Notes: generated by a model from the letters alone, not told the origin. Shown: positions 39,151 to 49,423, counted from the first letter of the stretch. The stretch is 64,000 nucleotides of DNA from Polyangiaceae bacterium (GCA_965222375.1 CBDCTZ010000015.1:864001-928000); one strand, 5' to 3'. Translations and numbers: made by a program.

Positions 39151-40278
39151 CTAGTTGGTGCAGCAGAAGGTCACTGGATTCTCCGGCACGGCAGTTCCGG
39201 TGGGTGTGCCTCCGCTTGGCGCACAGCTCACGTTGGTCGGCGTGCCACCACTATATTTCGCATACGGTGTTTGCGCGTTGTTGATGGAGCACTCACCCAG
39301 ACTAATGGACCGGACGAACGCGTCCAGACAGTCTGACTGATTGTGCAACGTCACTGCGCCCGGGCCGGTGCAATCCCCGGTCGCGGTGCCACAAGAGCAG
39401 GTCGTGCAGGTGCGCGTGTCCGCTGCGCGGTCGTAAAGCACCTGCTTGTTGCCGTAACCGGCAGGGCAGGTCTGGTTGCCATCTTGATACACGCAAGACT
39501 TGGAGGCTCCGGGTAGGCCCGGAGCGCAGATCTCCGTCCCGGCGCAGCTCCCGGTGGCACCTAGGGTGGCACCTCCGCAGGCGCGCGCTTGAATGCCCCA
39601 ACTGACCGGCGGCAGGTTTTCTGACGGCTGCGGCTGGCAGCTCCCGGCCGTGAAGTTGCCCTCGAGATGAACCCATGGGACCGCAGAGGGGATCGAGACC
39701 GGTGTACAGGCGGACCCTTCATTCAGCACCGCAACGATCGTCGGTAGGCTAGAGCAGGACGGGGTCACGGCCAGAGTGGCCTTCGCACAAGCCGCGTTCG
39801 GCGGATTCGCGCACCCGCAACCACACGTCGCAGGCGGGGCTTGCAGGTTGGCGAACAACAGGCCCGCGGTGGTCGGCGTCGGGTAGTCCCCACTACACGG
39901 TCCGGGAGCCGTTGCACCCGAGTCAAGAGCGACGGGGCCAGTCCAACCCGCCGGCACTTCAGGCAAACAAATGCTGCCCTGATTGGTGCAAGCGTTGGAA
40001 ACCGTACCGCCGGTTCCGCCACCACTCGGAGCTCCGCCGGTCGCGCCAGCAACGCCACCACTTCCCCCGCTGTTTCCAGCTACGCCTCCGATACCTCCAG
40101 TACCAGCATCGCCAGCCGCTCCGGCGACGCCACCGACGCTGGCATCAGCCGCGGTGGGATCCACCTCCCGATAGTCTTTGTCGATCCCGGCTAGCGTCGA
40201 GCAGCCCAGCCCGAAAACGAGTACTGACGCCGTTGGAGCTAGGCCACGTCCGAGCTGGGTCGCAAGCAACTTGTTCAC
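39151..40278 (-). CDS. Cys-rich lipoprotein, 'GWxGP...TxCC' family member 2
   Basis: GLGC STLAGIDKDY; PAGWTGP; ends TFCCTN. Confidence 0.8.
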   Translation of the reverse strand: MNKLLATQLGRGLAPTASVLVFGLGCSTLAGIDKDYREVDPTAADASVGGVAGAAGDAGTGGIGGVAGNSGGSGGVAGATGGAPSGGGTGGTVSNACTNQGSICLPEVPAGWTGPVALDSGATAPGPCSGDYPTPTTAGLLFANLQAPPATCGCGCANPPNAACAKATLAVTPSCSSLPTIVAVLNEGSACTPVSIPSAVPWVHLEGNFTAGSCQPQPSENLPPVSWGIQARACGGATLGATGSCAGTEICAPGLPGASKSCVYQDGNQTCPAGYGNKQVLYDRAADTRTCTTCSCGTATGDCTGPGAVTLHNQSDCLDAFVRSISLGECSINNAQTPYAKYSGGTPTNVSCAPSGGTPTGTAVPENPVTFCCTN

Positions 40279-40441
40279 TGAAGCACCACCTATAGCGAAG
40301 ACAATACAGCACTTGCTGACGCGGGAAGCCAGCCTTCGGTTCGGCGGGGCGCCGACAAGGCGTCGCGTCGCCGGGTCGTGGCCTGCCTGGTGGGGTGCGT
40401 CGCCAGTCCGGCAGGGCAGCAGCTCGCCGAGTTCGTCCCGG

Positions 40442-41575
40442 CTAGATGCAGCAGAGGGTCACGGGCTGGTCGGGTGTGGCGGCGCCCGTTGGAGTCCCGC
40501 CGCTCGGCGGGCAGCCAACGTTGCTGGGCGTGCCACTGCTGAACTGAGCGTAGGGTGATGTGATGTTGTTGACGGAGCATTCACCCAAGCTCACGGACCT
40601 GGCGTGGGGATCCGAACAATCCGCCTTGCTGTGGAAGGTAATCACACCAGCGCCCGTACACGTGCCGCTTGTGGCACCGCAGGAGCATGTCGTACATGCG
40701 CGGGTGTCCAAGGCTCGCGAGTAGAGTAACTGCTTGTTGGGGTAGCCAGCTGGGCAAGCTAGGTCGCCAGTCTTGAGCGCGCAGGACTGGGTGTCGGCGG
40801 GCAGGGGTGGAGCGCACACCTCGCTCCCGGTGCAAGTGCCGGCTGCACCCAGGGTGGCGCCTCCACAAGCCCGCGCCTGAATGCCCCAGCTCACGGGGGT
40901 CACGGTTTCGGATGGCTGCGGCTGGCAGGAGCTCGTGACGAGGTTGCCCACGGCGTGAATCCATTGGACCGCGGGTACTGAAATCGGGGTGCACACGGAC
41001 CCTTCATTCAAATCCGCAACTTTCGTCGGAGGGTTGCTGCAAAGATTGACGACTGAGACAGTCGCAGTTGGGCAGGAAGCCGTCGCCGGAGTCGCGCACT
41101 TGCAGTCGCACGTCGCCGGTGGCGCCTGAAGGTTGGCATAGAGTATGTCCGCGGTGGCGGATGTCGGATAGTCGCCACCGCACGGCGCGGGAGCCGACGC
41201 GCCCGCTTCCAATGCGATCGGCCCCTCCCAACCAGCCGGTACCACAGGTAAGCAGATGTTGCCCTGACTGGTGCATGCGTTGGAAACCGTGCCGCCACTT
41301 CCGCCACCACTCGGAGCTCCACCCGTCGCGCCCGCAACGCCACCTCCGCCACCGGTGGCGCCAGCGCCACCGGTGGCTCCAAAGCCAGCGCTGCCGCCCA
41401 CGCTGGCGTCCCCGGCGCCAGGATCCACCTCGCGATAGTCCTTGTCGAGCCCAGCCACCATCGAGCAACCCACACCGCAAGCGACCGCCAAGGTTATGAG
41501 GAGAGCTGCGCGACCTGTCGTCAACTCAAGTAAGCGTTTCAACCGAGCACCACCGTATCGGCGACAGGGTACCAC
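40442..41575 (-). CDS. Cys-rich lipoprotein, 'GWxGP...TxCC' family member 3 (start uncertain)
   Basis: GVGC SMVAGLDKDY; PAGWEGP; ends TLCCI; tandem duplicate of member 2. Confidence 0.8.
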   Translation of the reverse strand: MVPCRRYGGARLKRLLELTTGRAALLITLAVACGVGCSMVAGLDKDYREVDPGAGDASVGGSAGFGATGGAGATGGGGGVAGATGGAPSGGGSGGTVSNACTSQGNICLPVVPAGWEGPIALEAGASAPAPCGGDYPTSATADILYANLQAPPATCDCKCATPATASCPTATVSVVNLCSNPPTKVADLNEGSVCTPISVPAVQWIHAVGNLVTSSCQPQPSETVTPVSWGIQARACGGATLGAAGTCTGSEVCAPPLPADTQSCALKTGDLACPAGYPNKQLLYSRALDTRACTTCSCGATSGTCTGAGVITFHSKADCSDPHARSVSLGECSVNNITSPYAQFSSGTPSNVGCPPSGGTPTGAATPDQPVTLCCI

Positions 41576-41611
41576 GCCTCCGCCAGCACGGCGGCAATTG
41601 CGACCCGGCGC

Positions 41612-42412
41612 TCAATTCGTACAGCAGAATGTCGTAGGGTTCTTGGGAGTCAATGTGCCGCTGAGATCGCCGCCGGTCTCGGGGCAGCTCGATCCGGTGG
41701 GAGTGCCCGCCACGTACTTCGCGTGCGTCATGGAAATCGCCGAGGTGCACTGCTTCAGAGACAGCGTGCCGATGGGCGCGGAGCAGGATGCCGAGTTGTA
41801 AAGATTGACCATACCAGTGCAGGTACCCGTCGGCGTACCGCAACCGCAGGGGCTGCAGCTCCGAGTATCATCGACGCCGTCGAACAGCACCTGCTTGACG
41901 CTGTACCCGGACGGGCAAGAGACGTCGCCCGCCCGGTAGATGCAGGACTCCCATGCAGCAGGCACGGCTGGCACACACACCTCGCCACCGGCACACTGAC
42001 CTGCGACCGCTGTTCCTTCGCAGGCGCGAGCGTCTGTGGCCCAGGACGGCAAAGGCGGTTGCGGGTTTGCGTTCGAGGCGCAGGGCCCGGCGCTAAAGAC
42101 ACCCACTGCTCGGACGGAATCCAGCAGGGTTGCGGTAATGACAGCACCCACACAAGATCCTGACGGTAGAGTTCCGAGACTCTTGGGCTTCTCTGTGCAG
42201 AAATTGCCGAGCTGGTTGTACTTCGTCAACGTAGCGCTCGAGCACTTCGGAGCGAGGGGGGTCGTGCAGATGCAGGGGCACTTGGTTGGGCTCGCTGCGA
42301 GCCCGGAGTGCAGCAGGCCAGCCGTGGCCTGGGTTGGATAGTCGTTGGGGCAGGTCGGCGGCGTGGATGGGCCCGAAGCCACAGCGACAGGTCCGCTCCA
42401 ACCCACCGGCAC
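41612..42412 (-). pseudogene. 5'-truncated 'GWxGP...TxCC' family member 4
   Basis: Similarity begins abruptly at VPVGWSGP; no signal peptide or Gly linker; ends TFCCTN. Confidence 0.65.
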
Positions 42413-42772
42413 CCTGGGCCCCTCATGTTGACAGGAAGTGACTCGCCCACCACCAGCCTGCCGGCGATCGCCAAAGCGCTTCCCACCCTCGACCAACCTC
42501 AGCAGGCGCTACTCGGGCCAGCTGATGACGGCGGTTACTACTTGATCGGACTTTCTGGTCCCGAGCCGCGAGTCTTCGAGGACATCCCGTGGAGTACGCC
42601 CGAGGTCCACCATCACACCCTCGAGCGCTGCGAACAGCTGGGCCTCGAGGTCAGCCGGCTCCCCAGCTGCTTCAACGTCGACGAACCCGCCGACATGGAG
42701 CGACTCCGCCACCAGCTGGAAAAAGATCCGGACCTCGCGCCGCGCACCGCGAAGGCGCTCGGGTCCTATTGA
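42413..42772 (+). pseudogene. 5'-truncated DUF2064/TIGR04282-type glycosyltransferase-like gene
   Basis: GSDSP, LGPADDGGYYLIG, IPWST and NVDEPAD motifs; N-terminal part absent. Confidence 0.65.
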
Positions 42773-42797
42773 GACGCGGTTCCTCCCGCCGTCCGGT

Positions 42798-43020
42798 AGG
42801 AGAGTGAACAGGAGGGCGGGAAGGAAAGAGGGGGAGGGATGGTTCGCGGCGCGGCGCTGCGCGGACGCGGGCCTCGCGTCTCGAGCTGGGCCGCGCAGTG
42901 CGGATGCAGCGTGAATGGGGGCGCTTAACCGGGTCTGGTTCCTTTACGTGGAGCGATAAATTCGAACAGACCCAAACCCTCTTCCCTTTCCCCCTTCCAT
43001 CCTTCCTGTGAATCTCCCCT
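42798..43020. repeat. ~220-bp intergenic element with imperfect ~50-bp purine/pyrimidine terminal inverted repeats
   Basis: Left ...ACAGGAGGGCGGGAAGG... vs reverse complement of right ...ACAGGAAGGATGGAAGG... Confidence 0.5.
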
Positions 43021-43038
43021 AGATCGCTCCTGCGTGCC

Positions 43039-43893
43039 CTACGACGTTTCCAGGTTGGCCCTGCGCAGGTGCGCCTTGGCGAGTTCGCTGTTATCGAGTT
43101 GCCAAGGGTGGAAGTCCGGGCGCAGGTAGTCGCGAATGCCTGCCCAAAGGCGCGCGGGATTCATGAAGCCGGAAGCACGCATGTCGCTCTTCTCCTGCTC
43201 GTGGCGCTCCGGATCGAAGTTGTCTTGCTCCATCAGCATGCGCGTTGCGTGGTACCAGTAGAACCCCAGCTGTACGCTAGCGATCAGCAAGCCCGCCACC
43301 CGCAGGGCGTAGCTCGGCGCGACCTTCTGCAATACGTCGTAGGCAACGGCTTTGTGTTCGATCTCTTCCACGGCGTGCCAGAGCAAAAGGTCACGCACGG
43401 CCGGATCCGCGTCCTCCAGTAAACCTTCTCGGAGTGCCGCATCGGCAAACATCGCAGTGAAGTGCTCCGCCGCCGACGTCCCGGCGAGACGCAAGGCTGG
43501 AGGCGACATGGCCTCGACCCGCCCAGCCCACTTCTCGTACCAATCCAAGAACTCGCGAACCTCGAAACCTTGAGCCTCGAGGAGCTTGAAGAAGCGCTCG
43601 TGCTCGGCGGCGTGTCGACCCTCTTGACCGAAGAAGCCGCGGATGTCCGCTCGCTCCTGCGTGCCCTCGACCTGCGGTAGGTAGCGCTTCACGCTGCGCA
43701 CGAAGAAACGCTCCCCCCAGGGAAACAGCAGGTTCAGGCCGTTGACCATGTGGGTGGCGTACATGTTCCCGTTCAGCCAGTGCCGCGGCACGCTGCTGTA
43801 GTCGAAGGTTGGGCGCCGGGGCTGGATCTTGGAAACAGCTTTCGGGCCGGTGGCCTGGGAGACGGAATCGGATGCAGTAGCGGATGTCGTCAT
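43039..43893 (-). CDS. Predicted metal-dependent hydrolase (ferritin-like, PF10118-type)
   Basis: FPWGERFF, GQEGRH, AEHFTA and WHAVEEIEHKAVAYD motifs; GGAGG RBS. Confidence 0.85.
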   Translation of the reverse strand: MTTSATASDSVSQATGPKAVSKIQPRRPTFDYSSVPRHWLNGNMYATHMVNGLNLLFPWGERFFVRSVKRYLPQVEGTQERADIRGFFGQEGRHAAEHERFFKLLEAQGFEVREFLDWYEKWAGRVEAMSPPALRLAGTSAAEHFTAMFADAALREGLLEDADPAVRDLLLWHAVEEIEHKAVAYDVLQKVAPSYALRVAGLLIASVQLGFYWYHATRMLMEQDNFDPERHEQEKSDMRASGFMNPARLWAGIRDYLRPDFHPWQLDNSELAKAHLRRANLETS

Positions 43894-43930
43894 GAGTCCC
43901 TCCGAAATCAGCGGCACCGATCAACTTAAC

Positions 43931-43955
43931 GACTATTGAACCTTGGTCAATAGTC
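43931..43955. promoter_or_regulatory. Palindromic operator upstream of the hydrolase
   Basis: GACTATTGA-ACCTTGG-TCAATAGTC, perfect 9-bp arms. Confidence 0.7.
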
Positions 43956-43970
43956 AAAGCGTATATTTTT

Positions 43971-43983
43971 TAACTACTTGATT
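43971..43983 (-). promoter_or_regulatory. IHF-consensus site
   Basis: AATCAAGTAGTTA on the minus strand matches WATCAANNNNTTR, within an AT-rich tract. Confidence 0.5.
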
Positions 43984-44236
43984 TTATTATGTTTTCTTGT
44001 GGCAGATGTCACAGTGTAATCGGCGCCCAATGATCCACGGCTCACGGAGCGCTCGCCTCCGATGACGCACGTCATGCAGCCGCCGCCCGGCTTGGGAATA
44101 CGCGGTCCAGCCGGGCAGTTACGACTGGCAACTAGGACAAGTACCAGCTGATGTCTGCTTCCACTCACCACATGGAAAACACAACTTGGCGCGCGGAGCG
44201 GCGCGCAAGCTGGGCCATCCCGCTGTTCTGGGCTGG

Positions 44237-44485
44237 ATGGGCCTTCGTTGGCGCGCCTTGGCGTTCGGCTTGCTCTTGCTCGCGGCAGGGAGCACGAGTG
44301 CTGTCGTACCGTTGGCGATGTGGCTTCCCCTCGGTACCCTGATCGCCGCTCCACTGTGGGTAGCGTCCTATCTGCTGCTGCGCTCTACGAACCGGCACCA
44401 CTATCGACAAGCCGCCGCGGGGTCGATTGCCGTGATCTGTGTGCTCGCCCTAGTCTGGACGACGTCGGCGCTCATTGCGACGTGA
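44237..44485 (+). CDS. Small hydrophobic membrane protein
   Basis: Three hydrophobic segments. Confidence 0.4.
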   Translation: MGLRWRALAFGLLLLAAGSTSAVVPLAMWLPLGTLIAAPLWVASYLLLRSTNRHHYRQAAAGSIAVICVLALVWTTSALIAT

Positions 44486-44881
44486 CCCTCGACCGCGCCA
44501 CGCGGCCCCGGTGCACCGGCATCAGCCCGAACCTAGCAGGGACGCTGGAACGGGCGAAGGCGTTGCCCCGGGGTCGCGGTTTCAGCCGGAGGCCACCCTG
44601 CTCTACCAGACAGCGCAGAGGCCACCATCCGCCCTCGACTAGGAGAAGTGGCACAAGACTCGTCCTCCAACCGCGGGCGCCTGCAATGGGGGCTCGCGGC
44701 GCGTTCAACGCCGCGCCACGATCGTCCGCACAATTTGAACGCATTACGAGAGTAGTGCACCGCCACGCAATAGGGCCGCGACCCCAAACCCAAATCCCAA
44801 ACCTCGAACGCTGAGAGCCCGAAGCAGGCTGGCGCCAGTGGTTGAGATTCGATCGCGCTGCGCGGTAGCCTGGAGGATGTC

Positions 44882-45334
44882 ATGGCACAGTCCATCGTCG
44901 TTTTCATGGAAGCGGGCGCGCGCTGGCCAGCGTTCATTCCAACGACCGGGGACGTGCGAGCGATCCGACAGCATCTGGACGAGCCGACCCACGAATTCAC
45001 GCGGCGAGCCGAACAAATGTCGTTCAATGAACCTCAGTTGAGTATCAGCAAAGTGTTCTACGTCGCATACGGCCTCGGAAGCCCGGGGTCCGCTGCGGCC
45101 CGGCATGCGGCACTCAGCGCGCTCGTACTGCGTATCGACTCGCAGGAAGGCGGCTCGATGGTCTTGGTTGGCGAAGGCAGTCGCGAGGAGTGCCGTTCCC
45201 TGGCGAATTTGGCGCTGTCCCTGAACGACGAGCTGTCGAATCTGGGACTGCCCGAGTGCCTGCGCTTTCGCGCTCAGCCGACGCCCCAACGGGCCGCTCG
45301 AGCTTCGCTCATGCCTCCCAAGCGCGAAAGTTGA
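44882..45334 (+). CDS. Hypothetical protein
   Basis: GGAGG upstream; globular composition, 150 aa. Confidence 0.55.
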   Translation: MAQSIVVFMEAGARWPAFIPTTGDVRAIRQHLDEPTHEFTRRAEQMSFNEPQLSISKVFYVAYGLGSPGSAAARHAALSALVLRIDSQEGGSMVLVGEGSREECRSLANLALSLNDELSNLGLPECLRFRAQPTPQRAARASLMPPKRES

Positions 45335-45346
45335 ACTCCGAAGTCG

Positions 45347-46231
45347 CTACGGCGGCAGCTTCTTCGCCAGAACGGCAATGCGAGCGCCCCTCCGATCGGG
45401 CTGTGGTTCATGGTAGGCAACCAGCAAATGGCCATCTGTCGCGTCCGCGGAGACCTTGGTGTTCGCCGTCGAGATTCTAGCGAGTCTGACCGTTTGGGGT
45501 CGTGAGCCGGGTCTGAAGGACGTCAAGTTCAGCCTCTTGTTCTTCTCCACCCAGGCGACGAGATAGCGGCCGCGATCATGGACGAGCTTGGACGCCACCG
45601 GGAACCGGTAGATGAACGCCGAGCGCCCGACGACGTGACAACGTGGCGTTCCTTTGGCCGTTGGCGAGACTCGGCAGATGGACAGTGTGTAGCCACCTGC
45701 ATCCGCCGCCCGAACCACGAGAAGCACAATATCCGTGTCACTCGCTAACGCATCGTGCACGAATTCGACTGGCTCGCTCCAGGTCAGAGCGTGTCGCACC
45801 TTGGTGTCGTTGTGAATCTCCACGATCCCCGGCTGCCCCTTGTGAATGCGTTCGTAGCTTTCGAACACCATCCAGCGGTCACGGAGTTGTACGGCGATGC
45901 CTTGTAGACCACCGCCTTCGATTGTCGCACGCGGTGCCGGATAGGTTGGTGAGGGCGATCGGGCGGCCACTAGCCTGCCCGTCTTGGTATACTCCGACCG
46001 ATAAAAGGCCCCGTCTCGGCTGCTCCTGAAGTAGACGACAAAGCCGGTCTTGTTACCAACGACGACCGGGCGCACATCCCCAACTAGTTCCCGGTGAGCG
46101 GATGCGGGTGTAGCGGTGACGACCACCGCCAGGGCACCTGCGGCTAATACCCGCCGCGATCGCCCGACAGTTCGCGCTTCACTCAAGGCCCCGATCCTAT
46201 CTCGAAAGTGCGCCACGCTGAAGCATGCCAA
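45347..46231 (-). CDS. Hypothetical secreted beta-rich protein
   Basis: RR-rich N-region + hydrophobic signal ending ASA; start uncertain. Confidence 0.55.
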   Translation of the reverse strand: MACFSVAHFRDRIGALSEARTVGRSRRVLAAGALAVVVTATPASAHRELVGDVRPVVVGNKTGFVVYFRSSRDGAFYRSEYTKTGRLVAARSPSPTYPAPRATIEGGGLQGIAVQLRDRWMVFESYERIHKGQPGIVEIHNDTKVRHALTWSEPVEFVHDALASDTDIVLLVVRAADAGGYTLSICRVSPTAKGTPRCHVVGRSAFIYRFPVASKLVHDRGRYLVAWVEKNKRLNLTSFRPGSRPQTVRLARISTANTKVSADATDGHLLVAYHEPQPDRRGARIAVLAKKLPP

Positions 46232-46388
46232 CGCACGCGCCGTTCAGAGACTTGGCGTAGCGTTGGGACTATCTGCTGCGAGAGGGCTATAATCATCGAA
46301 TCATGCAATGCTCCTGGCTCCTGTGTCTGCCGTCCGTCCTCGCCGGCGATGGGATTTCGAGCCACGCCGCCTTGCAACGGGCTTTCTA

Positions 46389-46973
46389 GTGGCGGCCGCC
46401 AAGAAGAAGACCCGCCGCCGGCTGTCGGTGGAGCAGCGCAAGGAAGAACTGCTCAAGATCGGGCTAGAGCGCTTCGCCCACAGCACCTACGACGAGATCA
46501 GCATCGAGGAGATCGCCGACGAGGCGGGTATCAGCAAGGGGCTGCTGTACCACTACTTCCCCAGCAAGCGGGACTACTACGTGGCCGCTCTAGGGCGTGC
46601 AGCCGCCGACCTGGTCGCCAGGATTGACGCCGCCGGCGATGACGCTCCCCAGGCCTTCGAGGCGTATCTGAGTTTCGTGGAGGAGCGCGAACCCGCCTAT
46701 CGCGCACTGTATCGCGGAGGCATCGGTTTTGACAAAGAGGTGAGCGAGATCGTCGAAAGCTGCCGCACCCACATCTTGGAGCGCATCATGCAACACGCCG
46801 ACGACGTCAGCCCCGAAGTACGCAACGCGCTGCGTGGCTTCATCGGCTACGTCGAGGCATCCGTCCTCGATTGGCTCGAGCACCGCGACATGCGGCGACA
46901 TTGCCTTCTGGAGTCCTGGCAGGTCGCGCTCGTCACTACCGTGCAGGCCGCCGCCCCCGCCGCCGCGCCTTGA
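46389..46973 (+). CDS. TetR/AcrR family regulator
   Basis: ISIEEIADEAGISKGLLYHYFPSK. Confidence 0.9.
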   Translation: MAAAKKKTRRRLSVEQRKEELLKIGLERFAHSTYDEISIEEIADEAGISKGLLYHYFPSKRDYYVAALGRAAADLVARIDAAGDDAPQAFEAYLSFVEEREPAYRALYRGGIGFDKEVSEIVESCRTHILERIMQHADDVSPEVRNALRGFIGYVEASVLDWLEHRDMRRHCLLESWQVALVTTVQAAAPAAAP

Positions 46974-47000
46974 CACGGCACGTGCCGCGGGCGGAGCCTG

Positions 47001-47438
47001 GTGAACATGTCGGGACCGAAGAAGAGCGACCCAACCCGCGGCGCAGCACCGTATCTATCAGAACCTCTTGCGCCCCCCTGGGCTACTGACGGCGCGGCAC
47101 CGGATGCGCCTGCGCCCCCTGCAGAGCCCGAGGTCCAGGCACAGCGCGCCCCAGCGCCGACGGACAAGCACTCGAAGATCCAGGACCTCAAGCACGAGGC
47201 CGAAACCGCATTGCAAGCGGGAGACTTTTCAACGGCTCGTAGGATCTATCGCTCACTCTTGCTGGTGAAGCTCGGAGAGGGCAGCCCAATCAGCAAAGCT
47301 GAGGTCTATTACGGGCTCGCCGTCGTCTGCGAACGCACCGGCGAAACTCGAAAGGCGCTTCAGTTCCTTCAGCGTGCGACGGACACCGAACCGAACTTCC
47401 CCGCTGCACAGGAGCTACGGAGCAAACTGCAGACCTGA
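47001..47438 (+). CDS. Tetratricopeptide-repeat protein
   Basis: AEVYYGLAVV...KALQFLQRA...P. Confidence 0.7.
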   Translation: MNMSGPKKSDPTRGAAPYLSEPLAPPWATDGAAPDAPAPPAEPEVQAQRAPAPTDKHSKIQDLKHEAETALQAGDFSTARRIYRSLLLVKLGEGSPISKAEVYYGLAVVCERTGETRKALQFLQRATDTEPNFPAAQELRSKLQT

Positions 47439-47604
47439 TCGCGCAACTCAACCGCCGCCGCCGGCTTGGATGTCGGCTCACCGGCCTACGCAGCTTTTGC
47501 GCAGACAGGATGCGTGAGCTGAGTCCGAAGCGCTCGGGCTAGCCGCAGGCTGCGTCGTCGCAGGATCGGTTGACGTGCTGGGGCGTTCGCTTCACAAGCT
47601 TGGC

Positions 47605-48480
47605 GTGCCTGAACTGCCCGAAGTCGAAGTCACGCGTCGGTTGATCGAACCGGTACTGCTCGACCGGCGCATTGCGCGTGTGCACACGACGAAGCCGAGC
47701 TACTTTTTTCTGACGCCCCCAGGTAGCCTCAAGAAGCGCCTGGTCGGACGCACGGCCCAGGAACTCAGACGCCATGGCAAGTACCTGTTGGCGGAGCTGG
47801 ACGATGGGTCGCGCCTGTTGTTGCACCTGGGCATGACGGGCCAGCTCTTTTCCGATCAGGTGTCGAGCCCTCGCCTGCTCTCCAAGACCGCGCGCGCCGC
47901 CCTGGCCCCCGAGGCGCAAAGGAGCTTCCGCCCGGACGCGCATACCCACCTGCGGATTGCCTTTGCAGACGGTGGCCCGGAACTCCTGTTCCGGGACGTG
48001 CGCAAGTTCGGCAAGGTGCGTTGGCTCGGCGAGGGGCAAGCCGATGCGCGCTTGGACAAGCTTGGACCTGACGCCCTGGATGTCACCGCAGCCGTGCTCG
48101 GTGCTGCAGGCGCCAAACGCCGCACGCCGGTCAAAACCTTGTTGCTCGATCAAAGCGTGGTCGCGGGCGTGGGCAACATCTACGCGGACGAAGCGCTTTC
48201 ACGCGCCGCCGTGCGCCCCACGCGAGCTGCGCGCCGGGTCACACGAGCGGAGTGGCAAAAGCTCGCGCGTGCAATTCGTGCCGTACTGAAGCGTGGCATC
48301 GCGACGGGGGGCTCGAGCATCAATGACTACGTCCGCCCCGATGGTCGAGATGGCGGCTACCAGGACGAACGAAGAGTCTACGGCTTGGGGGGAAGGCCGT
48401 GTCGCAGCTGCGGCACGGCGATCAAGCGCGTCGTCATCGCCCAGCGCGCGACCTGTTTCTGTCCAAGTTGTCAGCGCTGA
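47605..48480 (+). CDS. mutM: Formamidopyrimidine-DNA glycosylase
   Basis: PELPEVE, RHGKYL, HLGMTG, GVGNIYADE, C-terminal Zn finger CRSC...CPSCQ. Confidence 0.95.
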   Translation: MPELPEVEVTRRLIEPVLLDRRIARVHTTKPSYFFLTPPGSLKKRLVGRTAQELRRHGKYLLAELDDGSRLLLHLGMTGQLFSDQVSSPRLLSKTARAALAPEAQRSFRPDAHTHLRIAFADGGPELLFRDVRKFGKVRWLGEGQADARLDKLGPDALDVTAAVLGAAGAKRRTPVKTLLLDQSVVAGVGNIYADEALSRAAVRPTRAARRVTRAEWQKLARAIRAVLKRGIATGGSSINDYVRPDGRDGGYQDERRVYGLGGRPCRSCGTAIKRVVIAQRATCFCPSCQR

Positions 48481-48487
48481 GCGCCGT

Positions 48488-48985
48488 TCACTTCGCGACG
48501 CAACGCGGAGGCTCTCCGCGAGCACAAACACATAGGCACTCGTCGCTCTCGGGACCATCCGCGACGGAGGTGCGCCCGTACCCGCGGCACTGGCAGTAGC
48601 AGCCGGGCTTTTCATAGCGACAGCCCGCACGCTTCGTACATGCCTCGCTCGCGGTCTTCGACTCGTAGAAGGAAGCCTGGGCTAGGTCCTTCTCGCAGGC
48701 GGAAACTGCAGGGCGGCAGCGGTAGATGCCCGGATAGGTCTTGGCGTCTGCGACTTCGAGCACGCAGCCCTTCGAGCGCATGCAGTCGTGCCGGTTCATC
48801 TGGGAACAGACTCCGCTAGCTTCGGGCGACGTGAGCGGCGAGGGTGCCGACTGGGAGGCAGTCGGCGCGGGTGTTTGAAGGGTGGGACCAGTGGGGCGCG
48901 GAGTCGGTGCGCCAGCGACGCAGCCCGCGGCGGCGAGGGCGCACAGCAGCGCCAGCCCCGGTCGGAGCATTGTGGTTCGTGACAT
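48488..48985 (-). CDS. Cys-rich lipoprotein
   Basis: Lipobox AAGC; many Cys. Confidence 0.65.
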   Translation of the reverse strand: MSRTTMLRPGLALLCALAAAGCVAGAPTPRPTGPTLQTPAPTASQSAPSPLTSPEASGVCSQMNRHDCMRSKGCVLEVADAKTYPGIYRCRPAVSACEKDLAQASFYESKTASEACTKRAGCRYEKPGCYCQCRGYGRTSVADGPESDECLCVCARGEPPRCVAK

Positions 48986-49036
48986 GGTGCGAGGACAACG
49001 GCCATGCGGCCGCGCCCTTACACACTTTTGCCTACC

Positions 49037-49420
49037 TCAACCCGCGGCAGCGCGAAGCTCGGCCAGCTGGGCCTGGCCGGCTTTACGATCCGGAGCCAGA
49101 TGCAGCTTGGTACCGGCACCGAAACTCATGCTGCGCCCGAGCATTTGGACAAAATCCTCGGTCGCGACCATGACCACGTGGATGCCACCACCAGCGCGAA
49201 AGAGCTCCAGCACTTCGGCCAAGATAGCCCCGAGCTCCTTGTCCACCCCGGTCACCGCAAGGGTATCCACCAGGTTGAACTGCTCGGGGCCGTTGTCTTC
49301 ACGCAGTTTCTTGTACTTCTTCACCATCACACGCAGATCCGCCGCGGACACGTGGTCGCGATAGACGAACTCAGCTGTGTCAGGTGAAACTCGCTGAACG
49401 TCACAACTTCTAAGCGCCAT
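49037..49420 (-). CDS. Small alpha/beta hypothetical protein (STAS/SpoIIAA-like)
   Basis: 127 aa; starts 3 bp after the upstream oxidase stop. Confidence 0.5.
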   Translation of the reverse strand: MALRSCDVQRVSPDTAEFVYRDHVSAADLRVMVKKYKKLREDNGPEQFNLVDTLAVTGVDKELGAILAEVLELFRAGGGIHVVMVATEDFVQMLGRSMSFGAGTKLHLAPDRKAGQAQLAELRAAAG

Positions 49421-49423
49421 CTC

